64,000 bases of DNA, from NCBI GenBank assembly GCA_964400795.1, contig CAYNWA010000003.1, positions 89,734 to 153,733 on the forward strand, read 5' to 3'. The notes below the pieces were generated by a model, which was not told the DNA's origin, searched no databases, and worked only from the letters and a program-made list of their open reading frames with translations. This stretch comes from an uncultured Smithella sp. Lineage in GTDB: Bacteria > Desulfobacterota > Syntrophia > Syntrophales > Smithellaceae. Of this stretch, positions 55,299-64,000 are shown one piece after another. The translations under genes were made by a program, and so were the position numbers. How positions within the stretch are numbered: position 1 is the first letter of the stretch; each line of letters starts with the position of its first letter.

Positions 55299-55763
55299 TT
55301 AAATCTTCTTAAACAAATCTACCATTTCTATTGCTGTCATTGCTGCGTCGGCGCCTTTGTTTCCCGATTTCGTTCCGGCGCGTTCAATCGCCTGTTCAAT
55401 GGTATCCGTTGTCAAAACGCCGAAAACAACGGGTACTTCCGTCTCGAGACCGACAACGGCAATCCCCTTGGAGACTTCGGCGCTGATATATTCAAAATGC
55501 GGTGTGGCACCGCGGATAATGGCGCCCAGACAGATGACGGCGTCAAATCGCCCGCTCTTGGCCAGTTTTTTGGCTGTCAGCGGCAACTCGAAAGAACCGG
55601 GAACCTTGTAAATCACGACGTCTTTTTCTTCCGCTCCGGCCCTCATGAGCGCGTCAATGGTTCCTTCGATCAATCTACCGCAAATAAAATCATTAAAACG
55701 GCTGGCTACGATGCCAAACTTCATCCCTTTCGCGACAATTTTTCCTTCAATTATTTTCGGCAT
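55299..55763 (-). CDS. ribH: 6,7-dimethyl-8-ribityllumazine synthase
   Basis: 154 aa. [27 protein letters not shown] motifs. Confidence 0.95.
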   Translation of the reverse strand: MPKIIEGKIVAKGMKFGIVASRFNDFICGRLIEGTIDALMRAGAEEKDVVIYKVPGSFELPLTAKKLAKSGRFDAVICLGAIIRGATPHFEYISAEVSKGIAVVGLETEVPVVFGVLTTDTIEQAIERAGTKSGNKGADAAMTAIEMVDLFKKI

Positions 55764-55811
55764 AGTTCATTACCATCCTCATGTTTAGTTTTCGTAACTA
55801 CAAATAAAAAA

Positions 55812-57014
55812 TTATATTTTTAAAAGATGTCCCATCTTCTTTTTTTTCGTTTTCATATAGTGCAAGTTGTTTTCGTTAGGATCTATTTCAATGGGAACTC
55901 TCTTGATAACTTCAATACCATATCCTTCCAGCCCGACAATCTTTTTCGGATTATTCGTCAGCAGCCGCATTTTACGCACACCGAGATCTGCGAGAATCTG
56001 CGCGCCGATTCCGTAATCCCTCAAATCCGGCTTAAAACCCAGCTCTATGTTGGCCTCAACCGTATCCTTCCCCTCCTCCTGCAAGGCATAGGCTTTTATT
56101 TTGTTAACCAGTCCAATCCCCCTGCCTTCCTGGCGCATGTACACAATGATACCTTTGCCTTCTTTTTGCACCATGCTCATCGCGCGATGGAGCTGATCGC
56201 CGCAATCACAACGTAACGATCCGAAAAGATCACCGGTCAGGCATTCGGAATGAACCCGAACCAAAACTTCGTCATCTTCTTTAATGTCGCCTTTCACCAG
56301 GGCGATGTGCTGCCAGTCGTCAACATCATTTTCATAAACGATCATTTTGAAATTGCCGCCAAAACTGGTTGGCACGGTCGCTTCCGCCATGCGTCTGATA
56401 AGCGATTCATTCTGCATCCGGTAATCAATAAGATCGGCAATCGTGACAATTTTTAACTTGTGTTCTTTGGCAAAAATTTCCAGATCCGGCATCCTGGCCA
56501 TGGTGCCATCATCTTTCATAACCTCACAAATGACACCGGCTGGTGTCAAACCGGCCAGACGGCATAAATCAACAGAACCTTCCGTTTGACCTGTTCGTAC
56601 CAAAACGCCGCCTTTTTTGGCGCGAATGGGGAATACATGTCCGGGACTGACCAGATCTTCCGGTTTTGCCTCTGGATTGACAGCCGCCTGAATCGTGGTT
56701 GCTCTGTCCGCTGCGGAAATACCGGTGGTGACGCCGTGGCGCGCCTCGATGGAAATGGTAAAAGCGGTGCCGAAACGGCACTGATTATCTTGAACCATTT
56801 GTTTCAAATTAAGTTTATCCGCCGTTTCTTCATTGAGTGTTAAACATATTAAACCGCGACCGTAGCGGGCCATGAAATTGATCGTTTTGGCTGTGGCAAA
56901 TTGCGCCGCCATGCAAAGATCGCCTTCATTTTCGCGGTCTTCATCATCGACGAGGATAATCATTTTCCCGTTTTTGATGTCTTCAATGGCTTCCTGAATC
57001 GTGCTGATTGTCAT
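55812..57014 (-). CDS. ribBA: Bifunctional 3,4-dihydroxy-2-butanone-4-phosphate synthase / GTP cyclohydrolase II
   Basis: Start set at [33 protein letters not shown] (ATG 57012-57014), 20 nt after the ribE stop. The 67-aa upstream extension in the track overlaps ribE. GTP cyclohydrolase II motifs [11 protein letters not shown] and CDCG are present. Confidence 0.9.
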   Translation of the reverse strand: MTISTIQEAIEDIKNGKMIILVDDEDRENEGDLCMAAQFATAKTINFMARYGRGLICLTLNEETADKLNLKQMVQDNQCRFGTAFTISIEARHGVTTGISAADRATTIQAAVNPEAKPEDLVSPGHVFPIRAKKGGVLVRTGQTEGSVDLCRLAGLTPAGVICEVMKDDGTMARMPDLEIFAKEHKLKIVTIADLIDYRMQNESLIRRMAEATVPTSFGGNFKMIVYENDVDDWQHIALVKGDIKEDDEVLVRVHSECLTGDLFGSLRCDCGDQLHRAMSMVQKEGKGIIVYMRQEGRGIGLVNKIKAYALQEEGKDTVEANIELGFKPDLRDYGIGAQILADLGVRKMRLLTNNPKKIVGLEGYGIEVIKRVPIEIDPNENNLHYMKTKKKKMGHLLKI

Positions 57015-57033
57015 TTTACTTTCCTTAATTGTA

Positions 57034-57663
57034 TTAAAAACCGTGTTTGGACAGGAAATCTTTATCGATTCCCTTATTGGTTTGCAATAATTTTTCCACA
57101 TACTTGCCCAGGATATCCGTTTCAATATTGACCAGATCCCCTTCTTTCCTGATGACCAATGTGGTGTTGGCCACCGTGTGCGGGATAATATTAACATAAA
57201 ACCGGCTTTTTTCAAGTTTGTTCACCGTCAGACTGATGCCGTCAATGGCCACCGAACCTTTTTCCACAATATAACGGGAAATATTTGCATTCATCTCGAC
57301 AGCGAGAATCAGGGAGCCGGATTTCTGCGCTTGCGACAAAATTCTTGTTGTCGCATCAACATGACCTAATACAAAGTGGCCGCCTAAAAAGCCGCCGACG
57401 CGCAATGATTTTTCCAGATTAACCCTATGTCCCGTCTGCAACAATTTAAGCGTTGTCCTGGAAAGCGTCTCCGCGGAAACATCCAACTGAAAATTATTTT
57501 GATTTCTGGAGGTGACGGTCAGACAGGCCCCGTTGACCGCAATACTGTCGCCAAGCGAAACGTCTTGCAGACCGATGCCGGCTTCAATTTCCAGAACCGC
57601 ATCCGCGCCCTTCATGGTCAAACGCTTTACTTTGCCCAGTCCTTCTATGATTCCGGTAAACAT
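57034..57663 (-). CDS. ribE: Riboflavin synthase alpha chain
   Basis: 209 aa. [12 protein letters not shown] and an internal duplication ([13 protein letters not shown] / [12 protein letters not shown]). Confidence 0.92.
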   Translation of the reverse strand: MFTGIIEGLGKVKRLTMKGADAVLEIEAGIGLQDVSLGDSIAVNGACLTVTSRNQNNFQLDVSAETLSRTTLKLLQTGHRVNLEKSLRVGGFLGGHFVLGHVDATTRILSQAQKSGSLILAVEMNANISRYIVEKGSVAIDGISLTVNKLEKSRFYVNIIPHTVANTTLVIRKEGDLVNIETDILGKYVEKLLQTNKGIDKDFLSKHGF

Positions 57664-57665
57664 GA

Positions 57666-58127
57666 TTATTTTTTACCTTTGCTTAAAAGATCCTTCAACT
57701 CAGACATGAATTCGCCGACGTCGCGAAATTGTCGGTATACAGACGCAAATCGGACATAGGCGACGCCGTCGAAATTTTTCAATTCGTTCATGATCTTTTC
57801 TCCAATGACCGTGGACGAAATTTCTTCCGACTGCATTTCCTGGCAGGCCTGTTCGACATTTTCAACAAGTTTGTCAATCGCCTCCATGCTGATCGGCCGT
57901 TTCTCACAGGCTTTTTTTAAACCGTTTAATATCTTCTGCCGGTCAAACTGCTCGCGGCGGCCATCTTTTTTCACCACCATGGGCAGAACGTCTTCCACGT
58001 ATTCATAGGTAGTGAAACGCTTGGTGCAGCCCAGACATTCGCGGCGGCGACGGACGGCTTTCCCGTCCTTGCTGATTCGGGAATCAATTACCTTGTTTTC
58101 CGCGTGACCACAAAAAGGACATTTCAT
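57666..58127 (-). CDS. nrdR: Transcriptional repressor NrdR
   Basis: 153 aa. MKCPFCGH...VIDSR zinc ribbon plus an ATP-cone. Confidence 0.95.
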   Translation of the reverse strand: MKCPFCGHAENKVIDSRISKDGKAVRRRRECLGCTKRFTTYEYVEDVLPMVVKKDGRREQFDRQKILNGLKKACEKRPISMEAIDKLVENVEQACQEMQSEEISSTVIGEKIMNELKNFDGVAYVRFASVYRQFRDVGEFMSELKDLLSKGKK

Positions 58128-58139
58128 GATAATCTCACC

Positions 58140-58634
58140 TTAAGGTTGTGAAAGTTGCTCTACGCTGATTCCTGCTTCTTTGAGCATCTCCGCTGCCAGC
58201 TGATCGTGATAGCCGTCACGAATGACAACACGGCTTATCCCTGCATTAATGATCATTTTGGCACAAATGACACAGGGGTGATTGGTGCAATACAGCGTCG
58301 ATCCTTTTGTACTGACCCCGTGCAGCGCCGCCTGAATAATCGCGTTTTGCTCCGCGTGCAGTCCGCGGCATAATTCATGACGTTCACCGGAAGGAACCTT
58401 CATCTGTTCCCGAAGACAGCCGATATCGAGACAGTGCTGAAGCTTGGAGGGCGCGCCGTTGTATCCGGTGGCCAGAATACGGCTGTCCCGAACCAGTCCG
58501 GCTCCTACCGATCTCCGGCAACACGTACTGCGCCTGGAAACCAGGTCAACAATATCCAGAAAGTAACTGTCCCAGTCCGGTCGTTTTTTTTTCTTCACCC
58601 GCAAACCGGCTGCCGATGATTTTTTTCCCGTCAT
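58140..58634 (-). CDS. dCMP deaminase (ComEB/Dcd-type cytidine/deoxycytidylate deaminase)
   Basis: 164 aa. [34 protein letters not shown] motifs. Confidence 0.8.
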   Translation of the reverse strand: MTGKKSSAAGLRVKKKKRPDWDSYFLDIVDLVSRRSTCCRRSVGAGLVRDSRILATGYNGAPSKLQHCLDIGCLREQMKVPSGERHELCRGLHAEQNAIIQAALHGVSTKGSTLYCTNHPCVICAKMIINAGISRVVIRDGYHDQLAAEMLKEAGISVEQLSQP

Positions 58635-58671
58635 AATCGTTTTCTATCACAAATAAATAATGGTTTGTATT

Positions 58672-59922
58672 TTACTTTTTCAGCCGCTCTTTGTACAATG
58701 AAAAATGATCGCAAAGTTCCTTAACCTTTTGTGCAACCGATGTGATTGCCTGGTCGTTATCGATGTTCTTAATCACATCCGCAATATACGATGCGATCAT
58801 GCGCATTTCGCTTTCCTTCATGCCCCTCGTGGTCACGGCGGGCGTTCCGATTCTGATGCCGCTCGTTACCTGTGGTCCTTTCGTATCAAAGGGAATGCCG
58901 TTTTTGTTGACGGTGATGGAGGCGCGATCAAGGGCTTCCTGCGCGTCTTTTCCGGTGACATTCTTGTCCGTCAAATCGACCAGCATGAGATGATTGTCGG
59001 TTCCGCCGGAAACAAGCCGGAAGCCCTGAACCTTCAGTTCATCAGCCATCGCCTGTGCGTTTTTAATGATCTGTTTCTGATATTCCTTAAATTCCGGCTG
59101 AAGCGCTTCCTTAAAGGCAACGGCCTTGGCGGCAATAACATGCATCAACGGTCCGCCCTGCATGCCCGGGAAAACCCTGCTGTTCAGCGTTTTGGCGTAA
59201 GCGTCCTTGCACATGACCACACCACCGCGCGGTCCGCGCAAGGTTTTATGCGTGGTGGTCGTCACATACTCACAAACGGGAACGGGAGATGGATGAAGTC
59301 CCGTGCAAATGAGACCGGCGATATGAGCAATATCGGCCATGATCACGGCGCCGACTTCATCGGCGATTTTGCGAAATTTGTCAAAATCGATTGTTCGCGG
59401 ATAAGCACTGGCGCCGACGATAATCATTTTGGGTTTGTGTTCTTTGGCCAGTTTCTCCACTTCATCAAAATCAATGGTTTCTGTCTCCCTGTTGACGCCG
59501 TAGGGCACAATTTTATAAAATTTGCCGGAGAAGTTGGCCGGACTGCCGTGAGAAAGATGTCCGCCATGGGACAGATTCATGCCCAGAATCGTATCGCCAG
59601 GCTGCGCAACGGCAAAGTAGACGGCCATGTTGGCTTGTGTTCCGGAATGAGGCTGAACATTGACATGATCCGCGCCAAAGAGCTCTTTGCAGCGGTCAAT
59701 GGCCAGTTGTTCCACGATATCCACATATTCACAACCGCCGTAATATCGTTTCCCCGGGTAACCTTCCGCATACTTATTGGTCATCACACAACCCTGCGCT
59801 TCCAGCACCGATTCACTGACAAAATTTTCCGAGGCGATCAGTTCAATCTTACCCGCTTGCCGGCGTGTTTCCAAGTCAATGGCATGACTCACTTCTGGAT
59901 CGATTTTTTTTAAAACAGACAT
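58672..59922 (-). CDS. glyA: Serine hydroxymethyltransferase
   Basis: Full-length SHMT ([30 protein letters not shown]). The ATG at 59920-59922 (MSVLKK) is preferred on RBS spacing over the track start at 59931. Confidence 0.95.
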   Translation of the reverse strand: MSVLKKIDPEVSHAIDLETRRQAGKIELIASENFVSESVLEAQGCVMTNKYAEGYPGKRYYGGCEYVDIVEQLAIDRCKELFGADHVNVQPHSGTQANMAVYFAVAQPGDTILGMNLSHGGHLSHGSPANFSGKFYKIVPYGVNRETETIDFDEVEKLAKEHKPKMIIVGASAYPRTIDFDKFRKIADEVGAVIMADIAHIAGLICTGLHPSPVPVCEYVTTTTHKTLRGPRGGVVMCKDAYAKTLNSRVFPGMQGGPLMHVIAAKAVAFKEALQPEFKEYQKQIIKNAQAMADELKVQGFRLVSGGTDNHLMLVDLTDKNVTGKDAQEALDRASITVNKNGIPFDTKGPQVTSGIRIGTPAVTTRGMKESEMRMIASYIADVIKNIDNDQAITSVAQKVKELCDHFSLYKERLKK

Positions 59923-60121
59923 CAAAAACATTTCTCCTTCGCTTTTAAATTCCTAAAAGATTGTAACCTTAATCTCACCATCCCCATTCGCGTCGCTCAG
60001 GGGATAGTTTCCAATCCCGACATTCGGGATTGGATAGTTCGACTTACAAATTTTATTACGCCAGGCTTATAAAATTTGAGTCTCACTACGACTTACGCTT
60101 CGAACTTCGCTTCGCTTGTTC

Positions 60122-61375
60122 TCAACGAGTCTCACTAAACTTTCTAAATAATAAAACAGCGTTGGCACCGCCGAAACCAAACGTGTTGGACAAAGCCGTA
60201 TTGATATCCTTGTGTCGCGCTATCTTGGGAACATAGTCCAAATCGCATTCTTCACTAGGGTTATCCAGATTAATAGTCGGGGGAATAATGCCCTCCTGCA
60301 AAGCTTTGATAGAAAAAATAGCTTCCACGCCTCCCGTTCCTCCCAGCAGGTGACCGGTCATGGATTTTGTGGAACTTACCATCAGCTTTTTGGCGTGTTC
60401 GCCAAAGAGAGACTTGATGGCCTGGGTTTCATATAAATCGTTAAGCGGCGTTGATGTACCGTGAGCATTAATGTAATCAATATTTTCCGGAGACAGACCG
60501 GCGTCTTTTATCGCAATGTGCATACTGCGAGCAGCGCCTTCGTGACCGGGCGGCGGAGCCGCCATATGAAAAGCGTCAGAGGTACAACCGTAACCGCCCA
60601 GTTCCGCATAAATATGCGCTCCTCTATTTAATGCGAACGATAATTCTTCCAAAACAATAATGCCACAACCCTCGCCGATAATAAAACCATCGCGGTCTTT
60701 ATCGAACGGTCTGCTGGCTTTTTGCGGTTCGTCGTTTCTTACCGACAGCGCCCGCATGGATCCGAAACCGGCGACAGCCATTTGTGTAACAGCTGCTTCC
60801 GTACCTCCGGCAATCATCACATCGGCATTTCCATAGGTGATTGTTTTGTAAGCGTCTCCAATGGCTGATGTTCCCGCTGCGCAAGCCGTGACGGCGCAAT
60901 TGATGGGTCCCTTCGCTCCAAATCTGATGGAAACATGACCGGATGCGAGATTGGCCAAGATGGCCGGAACGGCAAATGGAGAGATTTTTCGGGGACCGGC
61001 ATTCAACAGATTCTTATATTCTTCCTCCAGCGTGGCCAGTCCCCCGATAGCCGAACCGATGATGACGCCGGTTCGTTCGGAAAATTCAGCGCCAATCCTC
61101 AGGTTTGCGTCGGTCAGTGCCATTTCCGAGGCGGCAAGAGCGTAAAGAATGAAATCGTCGTAACGACGAACTTCCTGTTTGCTGACATATTGAAGGGGAT
61201 CGAAATTTTTTATTTCTCCGGCAATTCTTGTTTTAAAAGAACTACTGTCAAATTTTGTAATCGGTCCGATACCTGATTGACCCGCTTTCGCACTTTCCCA
61301 TGATTCATCAACTGAATTTCCCAAGGGAGTCAATGCACCAAGACCCGTTACAACGACACGCCTTTTCATTGGCAA
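60122..61375 (-). CDS. fabF: Beta-ketoacyl-ACP synthase II
   Basis: 417 aa. [15 protein letters not shown], active-site region [17 protein letters not shown], and [12 protein letters not shown]. Confidence 0.95.
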   Translation of the reverse strand: MPMKRRVVVTGLGALTPLGNSVDESWESAKAGQSGIGPITKFDSSSFKTRIAGEIKNFDPLQYVSKQEVRRYDDFILYALAASEMALTDANLRIGAEFSERTGVIIGSAIGGLATLEEEYKNLLNAGPRKISPFAVPAILANLASGHVSIRFGAKGPINCAVTACAAGTSAIGDAYKTITYGNADVMIAGGTEAAVTQMAVAGFGSMRALSVRNDEPQKASRPFDKDRDGFIIGEGCGIIVLEELSFALNRGAHIYAELGGYGCTSDAFHMAAPPPGHEGAARSMHIAIKDAGLSPENIDYINAHGTSTPLNDLYETQAIKSLFGEHAKKLMVSSTKSMTGHLLGGTGGVEAIFSIKALQEGIIPPTINLDNPSEECDLDYVPKIARHKDINTALSNTFGFGGANAVLLFRKFSETR

Positions 61376-61392
61376 AAATCCTGTCAGGCTTT

Positions 61393-61629
61393 TTATTTAA
61401 CGCCTTTCTGCTTAAGAAAATCAACTACGTCTTGTATGGTGGCAATCTTTTCAAGTTCTTCATCAGCGATCTCTATATCAAAAGCTTCTTCCATTTCCAT
61501 GAGAAGCTCTACAATATCCAGGGAGTCAGCTCCCAAATCGTCAATAAAAGATGCGTCCAAAACGCATTCTTCCTTTGTGACGTCGAGCTGCTCGACAATA
61601 ATATTAATGACTTTTTCTTCTAACGTCAT
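61393..61629 (-). CDS. acpP: Acyl carrier protein
   Basis: MTLEEKV...[17 protein letters not shown] with the phosphopantetheine-attachment DSL motif. GAGGAGG lies 7 nt upstream of the ATG at 61627-61629. Confidence 0.95.
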   Translation of the reverse strand: MTLEEKVINIIVEQLDVTKEECVLDASFIDDLGADSLDIVELLMEMEEAFDIEIADEELEKIATIQDVVDFLKQKGVK

Positions 61630-61788
61630 GAAAATCCTCCTCAAATCGTGGATTGATCCATTTTTAGATCAATTTATCTCTGTGATAATCTATCGTAAAG
61701 ACAGATGGCGGTATCGTCGGTTCATTTTAATGTTCGAAGATACTTCCTAATTCTAATGAACAAATGCAGAATTCAAAAAAATTTTAAT

Positions 61789-61974
61789 CTAGTCATTCTT
61801 TTCCGCTTTTCTGTATTCCCTGCCGCGGTAGGTTTCGCATGTGGGACAAATGCGATGAGGCATTTTGGGCTCATTACACTGCGGGCACAGGGACATAGAA
61901 GGAGCTTTTAGAAAATCGTTTGCTCTTCTCTGATTACGTCTGGTTTTAGAATGTCTTTTTACTGGATTTGGCAT
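61789..61974 (-). CDS. rpmF: 50S ribosomal protein L32
   Basis: 61 aa. MPNPVKRHSKTRRNQRRA, with CPQC...CPTC zinc-ribbon cysteines. Confidence 0.9.
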   Translation of the reverse strand: MPNPVKRHSKTRRNQRRANDFLKAPSMSLCPQCNEPKMPHRICPTCETYRGREYRKAEKND

Positions 61975-61993
61975 AATATATCCTTCTCTATAA

Positions 61994-62536
61994 TTAATTT
62001 TTTATTACAAAATTTTTTAACACGGCCATACGGCTGTCAAAAGAACGTGAACTGCAATTACATACAGAGATATTCAAATTGGCGCCGCATTGCTGACATA
62101 GACCTTTGCATTCTTCCTTACAAAGCACTTTTATTGGTACCTGCAAAATGATCTGTTCACAGATAATAGGTGTAAGGTCAATAAAATCGCCCTGGTAATA
62201 ACTGATTTCCAATTCTTCCGGTTTAAGCTCCAAATCTTCAATTGTCTCCATTTTAGCTGGCACGAGAGTATAAGCAAAATCACTGCCGATTGACTGCTTT
62301 GTCTTTTCCAAACAACGGCTACAGCAAATATCAATCGAGGCGGAAAATGACCCTTGAATGAAAACGGTGCCTGAGGTTTTTGTTATCAAGCAGTTTACAT
62401 CTACCTTCTCCAGAGAAAAATCAGGGGTTTCACTTTCTTTAAAACATCCTTTAAACCAAGCATCTCCCTCGGAGAAAACGTAGCGTTTTCCCTCTTCCGG
62501 AATCAAAAAAACGTTAATTTTCAAAGAATTAGCCAT
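61994..62536 (-). CDS. yceD: YceD/DUF177 family protein
   Basis: 180 aa directly upstream of rpmF. C-terminal Cys cluster (CKEECKGLCQQCGANLN). Confidence 0.8.
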   Translation of the reverse strand: MANSLKINVFLIPEEGKRYVFSEGDAWFKGCFKESETPDFSLEKVDVNCLITKTSGTVFIQGSFSASIDICCSRCLEKTKQSIGSDFAYTLVPAKMETIEDLELKPEELEISYYQGDFIDLTPIICEQIILQVPIKVLCKEECKGLCQQCGANLNISVCNCSSRSFDSRMAVLKNFVIKN

Positions 62537-62761
62537 AACAAGCCTGTTGTCAAAAAAACTACTATATATTTAACCTTGCGAGTAAATTATAAAATCTTTT
62601 TATTGTCAAGTACAATTTATTTATTTGTATCTCCAGTTAACCACCTGAATTTTAAATTGATTTTTACTGTTTAACCGGACTATGAATAAACAAATATTAT
62701 GGAACTTGACAAAAAGTGGATCTCAACTCTATAAGATTGTAAAAAACACAGGAAATCAATA

Positions 62762-64000
62762 ATGGAAAAAATAAGAACTCGTTTTGCTCCGTCTCCGACA
62801 GGATTTTTGCATATCGGTGGAGCGAGAACCGCTCTTTTTAACTGGCTCTTCGCTCGCCATAGCGGGGGAGACTTTGTTTTGCGTATTGAAGATACAGATC
62901 AACAGCGTTCAACTGAAGAATCAACCAAGGCAATCCTTGATGCCATGACTTGGCTGGAATTGAATTGGGATGAAGGTCCGTATTTTCAGGCACAACGGGT
63001 TGACCTGCATAGAGAAATGGTTCAAAAATTAATCAAAGAAGGTCGTGCCTACTATTGCACCTGCACGCCTGAAGAGTTGGAAGAAAAAAGAAAAAAGGCT
63101 CTGGCAACCGGTAAAAAACCAAAATATGACGGAACATGCCGTGATAAGAAATTAATAAAATCTGCTAATAGTGTTGTGCGTTTTCATTCCAGACAGGATG
63201 GAGCCACAATCGTGAAAGACCTTATAAAAGGCAACATCATTTTCAACAATGAAGAACTGGACGATTTGATTATCGAGCGGAGTGATGGTTATCCCACGTA
63301 TAATTTTGCCGTAGTCGTTGATGACGCTCTGATGAATATAACACATGTCATTCGAGGAGATGACCATGTTAATAATACTCCACGACAGATTCTCCTGTAT
63401 GAAGCTTTGGGATTTAATGTGCCAAAATTCGCGCATGTCCCCATGATTCTGGGAAGCGACAAAACGCGTTTGAGCAAACGTCATGGCGCTACTTCGGTTA
63501 TGGCCTATAAGGAAATGGGTTATTTGCCGGAGGCCCTGGTAAATTATCTGGTGCGCCTGGGGTGGGCTCACGGTGATCAGGAAATATTTTCTCTTGCGCA
63601 ACTTGTTGAGCTTTTCAACATGGATGCTGTTGGGAAATCACCAGCTGTATTCAATCCAGAAAAGCTTCTTTGGCTCAACGCTCATTATATCAAAGAATCA
63701 TCTTCTGAGCGGCTGATGGAAGAAATGAAGCCACTGTGGCCTGCCGGTACGAATACGAGAGATGTCGGCTTTACAAAACATGTTATCGCTGATTTACAAC
63801 CACGGGTTAAAACGCTTTTAGAATTGGCTAATATGGCTGATTTCTATTTTGCCGAGGAGATTCATTATGAAGAACAGGCAGCCCGGAAATTTTTAACACC
63901 GGAAATTTCCAAGTATTTAAAGGCTATGGTTGTCGGGATTTCCGCAGTACAGGATTTCAGCAAGGAACGTATCGAAGAATTCCTCAAGAGCTTCATAGAG
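62762..64000 (+). CDS. gltX: Glutamate--tRNA ligase, N-terminal 413 codons (runs off the window edge)
   Basis: [31 protein letters not shown] (HIGG motif) and RLSKRHGA (KMSKS-type motif). Open to the window end, so absent from the ORF track. Confidence 0.92.
   Translation, partial: MEKIRTRFAPSPTGFLHIGGARTALFNWLFARHSGGDFVLRIEDTDQQRSTEESTKAILDAMTWLELNWDEGPYFQAQRVDLHREMVQKLIKEGRAYYCTCTPEELEEKRKKALATGKKPKYDGTCRDKKLIKSANSVVRFHSRQDGATIVKDLIKGNIIFNNEELDDLIIERSDGYPTYNFAVVVDDALMNITHVIRGDDHVNNTPRQILLYEALGFNVPKFAHVPMILGSDKTRLSKRHGATSVMAYKEMGYLPEALVNYLVRLGWAHGDQEIFSLAQLVELFNMDAVGKSPAVFNPEKLLWLNAHYIKESSSERLMEEMKPLWPAGTNTRDVGFTKHVIADLQPRVKTLLELANMADFYFAEEIHYEEQAARKFLTPEISKYLKAMVVGISAVQDFSKERIEEFLKSFIE

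Noticed and set aside
57015-57215. 67-codon N-terminal extension of ribBA overlapping ribE.
   Set aside because: The extension is Trp/Ser/Lys-rich with no homology signal and overlaps ribE by about 180 nt. The ATG at 57012-57014 gives the canonical DHBP synthase N-terminus. Short upstream extensions of glyA, acpP, the GT9 gene, the LPS kinase gene and the DUF4907-like gene were trimmed on similar grounds.
58140-58634. Possible stand-alone RibD deaminase half, given its position next to nrdR and the rib genes.
   Set aside because: The motifs (WD-YF...[20 protein letters not shown]) match ComEB/dCMP deaminases, not the RibD pyrimidine deaminase (HAEV-AL, TLEPC-H-G-TPPC). ribD is simply not in this window.
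60033-60137. Hairpin CCAATCCCG-acat-TCGGGATTGG and an 11-bp direct repeat GAGTCTCACTA in the fabF-glyA spacer.
   Set aside because: The hairpin lacks a U-run on the relevant strand, and the repeat is short enough to be chance. It may be a weak terminator or RNA-processing site, but there is not enough evidence to call it.

Overview
64-kb chromosomal segment with about 60 genes. No rRNA, CRISPR array, transposase, integrase or recognisable defence or toxin-antitoxin gene was seen. Gene content (Hcp with a Crp/Fnr regulator, heavy sigma-54 control, type III glutamine synthetase, split archaeal-type glutamate synthase, B12-radical-SAM enzymes) suggests an anaerobic Desulfobacterota/deltaproteobacterium-like genome; that is inference only.

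Layout:
- 1-14.3 kb, minus strand: nitrogen-assimilation supercluster. A sigma-54 promoter drives a three-part glutamate synthase, glnN and carAB. Upstream lie a GAF/sigma-54 activator and a second sigma-54 operon, amtB-glnK-porin-[tRNA-Gln-like element]-glutamine amidotransferase.
- 14.8-22.4 kb: PEP/pyruvate-binding protein, a c-di-AMP riboswitch with kup, and a DUF4907-like gene paired with a Kelch-like propeller gene.
- 22.6-27.3 kb: AckA-PduL fusion, then a B12-radical-SAM gene paired with a DarB-like ketosynthase.
- 27.3-30.9 kb: hcp nitrosative-stress cluster.
- 31-42.4 kb: miscellaneous lipid, redox and other genes.
- 42.7 kb: tRNA-Arg(CCT), followed by an AT-rich stretch of hypothetical secreted proteins.
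- 45.5-51.4 kb: LPS-core-type genes, then a B12-radical-SAM / ATP-grasp / deoxyhypusine-synthase-like module.
- 51.7-64 kb: PAS-GGDEF-EAL protein, then housekeeping genes (nusB, rib genes, nrdR, glyA, fabF, acpP, rpmF, yceD, gltX).

Best leads:
- The tRNA-like element inside the ammonium-uptake operon.
- A recurrent ACAA-N2-TTGT motif confined, as far as I could scan by eye, to the nitrogen control regions.
- Two promoters with near-identical spacers tying together the radical-SAM / ATP-grasp / DHS-like genes.
- The radical-SAM / DarB-like ketosynthase pair.
- The AckA-PduL fusion.

All calls rest on reading the sequence and ORF translations by eye; no database search was run.
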